Positions 19,601 through 23,241 of a stretch of DNA of 23,241 bases are shown one piece after another. This DNA comes from Amoebophrya sp. A120 (taxonomy: Eukaryota > Protista > Dinoflagellata). Below the pieces are notes generated by a model. The model made no database searches. It was not told the DNA's origin and saw only the letters and a program-made list of their open reading frames with translations. The position numbers and the translations under genes are program-made. The DNA lies in contig CAJINV010000041.1 of assembly GCA_905178155.1 (NCBI GenBank), forward strand, positions 1-23,241. Reading direction: 5' to 3'. Position 1 is the first letter of the stretch, and every line of letters begins with the position of its first letter.

Positions 19601-20800
19601 CTTCTGGTTTGTCGACCCATCAAACCACAATGCGCAGATGCCGGACGCCGATGCTCCGCAAGGACCGCTGGAAGGGGAAGAAGCATACCATAATGCAAAC
19701 CCCCTGCACTTGGTGCTCCAATTGAAGTTTGTCTTGCTGCGAGATTTGTGTACACAAGACGGGAGGTTATGCCACCAGAAGGCATGAGCAACGGCGTGAA
19801 AAATTGGGTAGCAGCTAGCCGCTGTCATGGTCTGCTCGTGTGACAAAGATAGCTGCCATATGCCCAGAACTGCATGACAAAGATGGCAATTGCCGACTTG
19901 CGGCCACAAATCAGCATGGAAAATTTACATTTTGAGTATCGAGATGGGACATTTTTCTGCACGATAAAGGTCCAAGCTTCGCCGACAGCTGCTCGATCAG
20001 CGATGTGGAGCCCAGTGCTTCGTCGGTCCCGCAGGTATACTTGGTAGTCTTTTAAAGAGCGCGCTGCTAGTGTGGTTTTTTTATGGATGCACCCAATCGC
20101 AAAGCGCGCTAGTCATCCTAGACAAAGTTTGCACATTCATAGCACACCACATTGCGTTTTGGATACGAAGTGACTACAAAAAAATAACTCAAGGCCGCCA
20201 CCCGAGGGGACCCGTACAAGATACGCATTGCAAATATGTTTCAGTCTGGAAAGGTTTAACCAAAATTGCGTGTTGAGCATTTCTGAAGAAAAATCTGTAT
20301 TGCATAAGAACAAGAAAACGCCACAATTTCGTTATGAAAAGTCGCAATTTGTAATGCACACTGAGCATCAGAAAGGAGGCGTTTAGGAAATCTGCTTGTG
20401 CCATGCTACACTGCATTTAAAGGCGCACTCGCACTCCATCATGACCATTCAGCATTACATGTTTCCAGCCCGAATCATATTTGCAATGCATGCAAGACAC
20501 CTACCGACGATTTCGATTGGATCAACGCACTTAACATATTCGATTGAAAAGCTGTGCTCGTGTAAGTTTGTGATGCGGAAAGTGCGTCTCAGCTAGTTGT
20601 ACACGATCTATTTTTACAGCGAACAGTCTCACTACTTCCTCCGCATTCATGAAGATGGGTTTTTAATATTATCTGACGCAAAACAACCCTGTAAGGATGG
20701 GATTCACCTTGCGAGAAAGTTATACTAGCACACTTTTTCTTTTGGATAACACCAGAGCATCCTGGGCCGAAACGACGAAGTACCCGTGGCTGCTCCCGTA
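10662..20800 (+). CDS. Gene 3: about 28-exon protein of unknown function (roughly 670 aa; disordered S/T/A/P-rich N-terminal part, more ordered C-terminal part); 3' end uncertain
   Basis: One frame from ATG 10662 after removing about 23 IR/DR elements and 4 GT-AG introns: MVSSPP..AAEK|SLSHFG..VAST|PDPTR..NS|GASSSS..APR|SALLMADPTVEADKD|VSMAV..GGV|DNINL..SG|AFPLD..PPR|TSTG..AQ|SRASP..DAT|EPQAH..ESQ|VSTSR..DQ|IVAQ..SGD|AGLIEDDDKPIVPGGK|ILEVVPGH|ACEIERAR|VENC..RA|HP|RNVSFLQQ..YNP|GHTGASIVLNQSAVDLDERVIRQQ|RRFEQ|IFWFVDP..EEA|WDIFLHD..PQ|AATRGDPYK|TPTDDFDWINALN|TRASWAETTKYPWLLP. Weakest join is at about 13520/13660 (1-nt DR). Confidence 0.7.
10691..10726 (+). repeat. 2 x 18-bp coding tandem repeat with palindromic core
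   Basis: CCGCATCGATGCAGCGGA twice (RIDAAD/RIDAAE). Confidence 0.85.
10731..11034. mobile_element. IR/DR-bounded putative non-canonical intron
   Basis: CTCCCTGGGATC..GCAGTAC pairs with GTACTGC..GATTCTGGGGAG; 6-bp DR GAAAAG. Confidence 0.65.
11164..11331. mobile_element. IR/DR-bounded putative intron
   Basis: TATGCATTG left arm; DR TACT; in frame. A GT-AG alternative (11159-11335) also keeps the frame. Confidence 0.5.
11369..11682. mobile_element. Introner, family A
   Basis: TATCCTGTCGAAAAACGTACCC pairs with GGGTACGTTTTCATACATGATA; DR GCG. Confidence 0.8.
11772..12017. mobile_element. Introner, TATCGC family
   Basis: TATCGCAAGAAAA..GTCTCAACTT pairs with AAGTTGAGAC..TTTTCTCGCGATA. Confidence 0.8.
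12016..12082 (+). repeat. 22-bp coding direct repeat, 45-bp period (NLPFNN/NLLFNN)
   Basis: CCAATTTGCYGTTCAACAACAG at 12016 and 12061. Confidence 0.8.
12196..12467. mobile_element. Introner, family B
   Basis: About 45-bp imperfect IR TGCAAATACGTCTGGGTCTGGAAG..TTGTCATGC; DR AGAT. Confidence 0.85.
12512..12768. mobile_element. Introner, family B
   Basis: TATGCATTGCAAAAGTGTCT pairs with AGACACATTTGCACTGCACA; DR GGAC. Confidence 0.85.
12909..13128. mobile_element. Introner with a perfect 20-bp IR
   Basis: AAAAAACTGTTTCACTGTGA (12918-12937) pairs with TCACAGTGAAACAGTTTTTT (13095-13114); DR GTGGA. Confidence 0.85.
13258..13479. mobile_element. IR/DR-bounded putative non-canonical intron
   Basis: TATCCTACAGAAAAGT pairs with ACTTTTCTTCTGGTA; DR GTGC. 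Confidence 0.65.
13523..13658. mobile_element. IR-bounded putative intron
   Basis: TATTGTGGTGAAAA pairs with TTTTCGCCACAATA; DR unclear. Confidence 0.7.
13724..13940. mobile_element. IR/DR-bounded putative non-canonical intron
   Basis: GTTATG..AAAGAGCCT pairs with AGGCTCTTT..CATAAC; DR CACGT. Confidence 0.7.
13971..14084 (+). other. Canonical GT-AG intron (114 bp)
   Basis: CAG|GTACTC...TTCCAG|AGC; in frame. Confidence 0.55.
14229..16297. mobile_element. Family-A introner expanded to 2069 bp by an internal satellite
   Basis: GTGTAAAAACGCCCC (about 14239) pairs with GGGTACGTTTTTACAC (about 16269); DR ACC; join DAT|EPQAH in frame. Confidence 0.75.
14271..16080. repeat. 7 x 259-bp tandem satellite; each unit is a foldback
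   Basis: Units start at 14271, 14530, 14789, 15048, 15307, 15566 and 15825. Inner copies are near-identical. Each unit has a roughly 73-bp imperfect IR. Confidence 0.97.
16463..16584 (+). other. Canonical GT-AG intron with CAGGTT duplicated at both ends
   Basis: CAG|GTTGAA...TTCAG|GTTAG; fuses the frames of ORFs 16088 and 16543. Confidence 0.65.
16705..16875 (+). other. Canonical GT-AG intron (171 bp)
   Basis: CAG|GTTTTT...ATCAG|ATC; in frame. Confidence 0.55.
16942..17267. mobile_element. Introner, TATCRC family
   Basis: TATCACGAGCAAAAAGTTCGTTTTTC pairs with GAAAAACGTGTTTTCCTCGTGATA; DR GAC. Confidence 0.8.
17318..17575. mobile_element. Introner, family B
   Basis: TGCAAATATGTCTGGGCCTG pairs with CAGACCCAGACATCGTTGCA; DR AAAAAT. 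Confidence 0.85.
17600..17782. mobile_element. IR/DR-bounded putative non-canonical intron
   Basis: AGACCAGAGC pairs with GCTCTGCGTCT; 6-bp DR ACATGC. Confidence 0.55.
17807..18093. mobile_element. Introner, family A
   Basis: TATTCTGAGTAAAAACATTCCCACCCCAGAGT pairs with ACTCTGGTATGGGGACGTTTTTACTCAGGATA; DR AGGGT. Confidence 0.85.
18131..18514. mobile_element. IR/DR-bounded putative non-canonical intron (384 bp)
   Basis: TATCA..TCTTGAGTACCCTACACCACAG pairs with CTGCGGTGCAGGGTTCAAGA..TGATA. Confidence 0.7.
18523..18817. mobile_element. Introner, family A
   Basis: TGCAAAAACGTCCCCACCCCAGA pairs with TCTGGGGTGGGGACGTGTTTGCA; DR CG. Confidence 0.85.
18870..19072. mobile_element. IR/DR-bounded putative non-canonical intron
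   Basis: TGTTACAAATCTCAAACGCTACA pairs with TGTAACGTTTGAGATGGTAACA; DR CCG. Confidence 0.8.
19147..19351. mobile_element. IR/DR-bounded putative non-canonical intron
   Basis: TATCCAAAGT..GTGCTGGTG pairs with CACCAACAC..ACTTTGGATA. Confidence 0.8.
19366..19599. mobile_element. IR/DR-bounded putative non-canonical intron
   Basis: TACTGTT pairs with AACAATA; DR AAA; join FEQ|IFWFVDP. Confidence 0.55.
19687..19945. mobile_element. IR-bounded putative non-canonical intron
   Basis: TACCATAATGCAAA pairs with TTTACATTTTGAGTA; short DR; junction ambiguous. Confidence 0.5.
20035..20193 (+). other. Canonical GT-AG intron (159 bp)
   Basis: CAG|GTATAC...CTCAAG|GCC; in frame. Confidence 0.5.
20222..20497. 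mobile_element. Introner, family B
   Basis: GCATTGCAAATATG..CTGGAAA pairs with TTTCCAG..CATATTTGCAATGC; DR CAAGA. Confidence 0.85.
20537..20751. mobile_element. IR/DR-bounded putative non-canonical intron
   Basis: TATTC..GAAAAGCTGTGCT pairs with AGCACACTTTTTC..GGATA; DR TAACA. Confidence 0.75.
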
Positions 20801-20939
20801 TAAAAGTGATTACTTCACGTGCTGCAGTTTGATCATGCATGATGGCAATGCTTTATTTTTTTACCGTGCATGTGGATTTACCGCTGAAAAATGGAAATTG
20901 GTTCCCGTACTACAACTCCAGGTAGCTGGGTCTTACGCA

Positions 20940-22712
20940 ATGGGACTGCTGACTGCTGATGGGATATCAAGCGCAGAGATGCTTAAATGGTTCATCTCGC
21001 AGAGGTGGTCAATGTATAAAAGATTTGATGTCTTGCATTTTTGCAGCGTGGCGGTCCATGACGAATTCAGTATATTTTTCCACCATTATGAGAGATCGAT
21101 GAAAGATGATGTAGCAGTGTTCTGGAACTAAATCCTGACCGTCATGGGCTACAACCAATGTCGCACGTTACTACCAACTCGAGAGGAACCAGGGAGATTT
21201 GCAATGCATAGACGCCGCTGGCGGTCAACACGGTGAACCGATACGTCGACGAAACCATGAATCTGTCTATCGCAATGAAAAAGTCCCGACCCGATAAAAG
21301 AACTCCGGAATCTCGTAGCTGTCGTGCATGGCAAGTTTTACCCGGCATGCCTGTTCCGCAGGAGTAGGGGAGAAGGCGCTTCTACTCGGCTGAGTTGAGG
21401 CATGAGATGAACTTGTGGCAAAGTAAGCCGTCTGTGACTCTTCGCTCTCCCATGCAGAACACGCTGACCGTTGGTAAACGGGATCTAAAATCGCAAACCG
21501 CATTGGAGCATCTGGTGGGGCGAGGGATTTTTCATCGCGATACTGCACCGCGACGTCGAAAACAAGTTTTTCACCCTACAGCAGGAGAAGTCCTCCTTCG
21601 TACAGCAGCTGAAGGACAAGAAAGCAGCAGTCGGCATACGCACGTGAAAAACAAGAAAGCCCAGCCCATCTTTAAAGAAGAGGGCACTTTCATTATTCTT
21701 GGTATACCAAAGATAGCCCATCTGTGCAATCAGGAATGCACATGCATAGGAACAACATATGCAGTTTCGCAAAGTGATTGCAGTTTGGAGCCGTCTTCTG
21801 TGCCCCTCCGCATGAAAAAGAAGACAGAGGACGCAGATTTCCCTTTTCGATCACGACACGAAGATCTATCAGCTCGTTGTTGTGCCAAACAACGGCGGGC
21901 TTGAGAATGATGATCTTGACCCTGGGAGGGGGGGCTTTTGTTTTTCGGCATACGCCAACGCCACCGTCGCGGTGCGAGCAAAAAGAGGAGCTGTCCAGGA
22001 GGCACTCCTGGAAAAAAAAGAAGCCCTATCCAAGGCGGAGGACATGGAAGGAAAGAAACGTGCGAAGGATGCAGAACTCGAGACGGCGAGAAAGGCGGCG
22101 GAGGACCAGGAAACCAAAGAGAAGAAAATGGCCGACACGCTAGCCGGGCGACAAAACGAAGCTGCTAGAATCCAACAAGAGATCGCGATACGCATCGAGA
22201 AAAACACTGGCATGACAGATAGGTAGAGCAGCTGATGCGCAGGGTTGTCTCGTTCGAAAGGAACATAGCAACCTACTTCGGACCTTCATATTGTGAATCC
22301 CCCAACATGCATTCGCTGTATCTGAAAGAGGCAGCTCCAGTTGCTTTAGAATTCATCGGTGACTGCCTTTTTACGTAGTAGAGTGAGCGTTTTTCCGAAG
22401 TATAGGCCGATCTCGAAAAACTGGATTTCACCTCCAAAAGAAGAGGCTATGCTGTTGAAAAGTGTAATGCCCTGCTGACTATGGAGAACAATAGGCATGC
22501 ACAGACAAAGCGAAGCTGAGGACGTACGTGTATATGGCTGCGGCTGTATCAGACAACATGCGCACCTTTGCATTTCCAAGATGCTATATGGTACAGCTTA
22601 CACATTTTGCCAGGATACGCATTCGTACAGGCAAGACCCGTCGAAGCCGAGAACCCCAGCTCGCGAACTCGCCAATACTACCACAGGGAGAATGAAACCC
22701 TCGCTCCTGTAA
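20940..22712 (+). CDS. Gene 4 (or continuation of gene 3): multi-exon coiled-coil protein of unknown function
   Basis: Joins MGLLTADG|TPLAVNTVNRYVDETMNL|HRDVENKFFTLQQEKSSFVQQLKDKK, plus a charged helical exon in ORF 21882-22226. Later junctions and both ends are uncertain. Confidence 0.55.
20965..21212. mobile_element. Introner, diverged family B
   Basis: TATCAAGCGCA..TGGTTCATCTCG pairs with CGAGAGGAACCA..TTTGCAATGCATA; DR GA. Confidence 0.7.
21266..21545. mobile_element. Introner, TATCGC family
   Basis: TATCGCAATGAAAAAGTCCC pairs with GGGATTTTTCATCGCGATA; DR CTG. Confidence 0.85.
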
Positions 22713-23012
22713 AAAATACAAAGCGAAGCATGTTGGTCATGTGATCTTGCAGTTACACGAAGCTTGGGCGCTTGTATTTACATGCATTTTCAGACTCAGA
22801 AACTTGGGGGCGTATAAGTATGCATGTTCAGACTGTATGGCGTCAGAAGCTCGCCCTTTGGGCTTCTGACTTTACAGCCGATGACGTTGCAGGCATTGCG
22901 GGCTCGAGGCCATTTTCAAATCTATCAGCAAAAACGCACGCGAAAACAAAATCAAGCAGGAGGAGTATCATGTGGATAAGCACGCCCACACCAAACAATT
23001 CGCGGGCCAAGC

Positions 23013-23241
23013 CGAAATCGACGTCCGGGCCGACGTCGATTTCGCGAGCCGGGCCGAAGTCGGACTTTCTACCTGCCCGGCTTTGCAGCTTCAAGTCGGA
23101 CCGGCAGAGGGGGAGCGAGGCGCCGGGGCCAGGCGCTTCTGCTTGGACGAAGCAATCGGACTTTGCAGCTGCAAGTCGGACCGGGAGATGGGGAGGCGCC
23201 GGGGCCCGGCGCCTCCGCTCGGACCAGCCGGACTTTGCAGC
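23013..23241. repeat. GC-rich palindromic tandem repeat (72-80 bp period), truncated by the window end
   Basis: CTTTGCAGC at 23081, 23161 and 23233. Hairpins CGAAATCGACGTC-N6-GACGTCGATTTCG (23013-23044) and GGAGGCGCCGGG-G-CCCGGCGCCTCC (23192-23216). Confidence 0.85.

Noticed and set aside
1-23241. Autonomous transposase or viral gene driving the elements
   Set aside because: No DDE, HUH, RT, recombinase or capsid motifs were recognisable in raw or spliced frames.

Overview
Eukaryotic nuclear DNA. The ORF track looks like noise because the genes are broken up by dozens of roughly 120-390 bp elements. Most elements have terminal inverted repeats (IRs), usually beginning TAT(C) and ending (G)ATA, and sit between short direct repeats (DRs, mostly 2-6 bp). 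Removing each element plus one DR copy by hand joins the gaps into long continuous + strand reading frames. One is a coiled-coil protein ending at 7574. Another runs from ATG 10662 to about 20800 across about 27 introns (roughly 670 aa). A third coiled-coil gene lies at about 20940-22712. Most junctions are not GT-AG, so these look like MITE-derived non-canonical 'introner' introns, similar to those known from the syndinian dinoflagellate Amoebophrya (taxon is inferred, not shown). Several IR families recur, and a TGT(C/G)ATGC motif is highly enriched inside the introns. One intron has grown to about 2.07 kb by carrying a 7 x 259 bp foldback satellite. Both window ends are GC-rich tandem arrays of palindromes. 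No gene product could be named. All junctions are manual inferences and are ambiguous within the DR.
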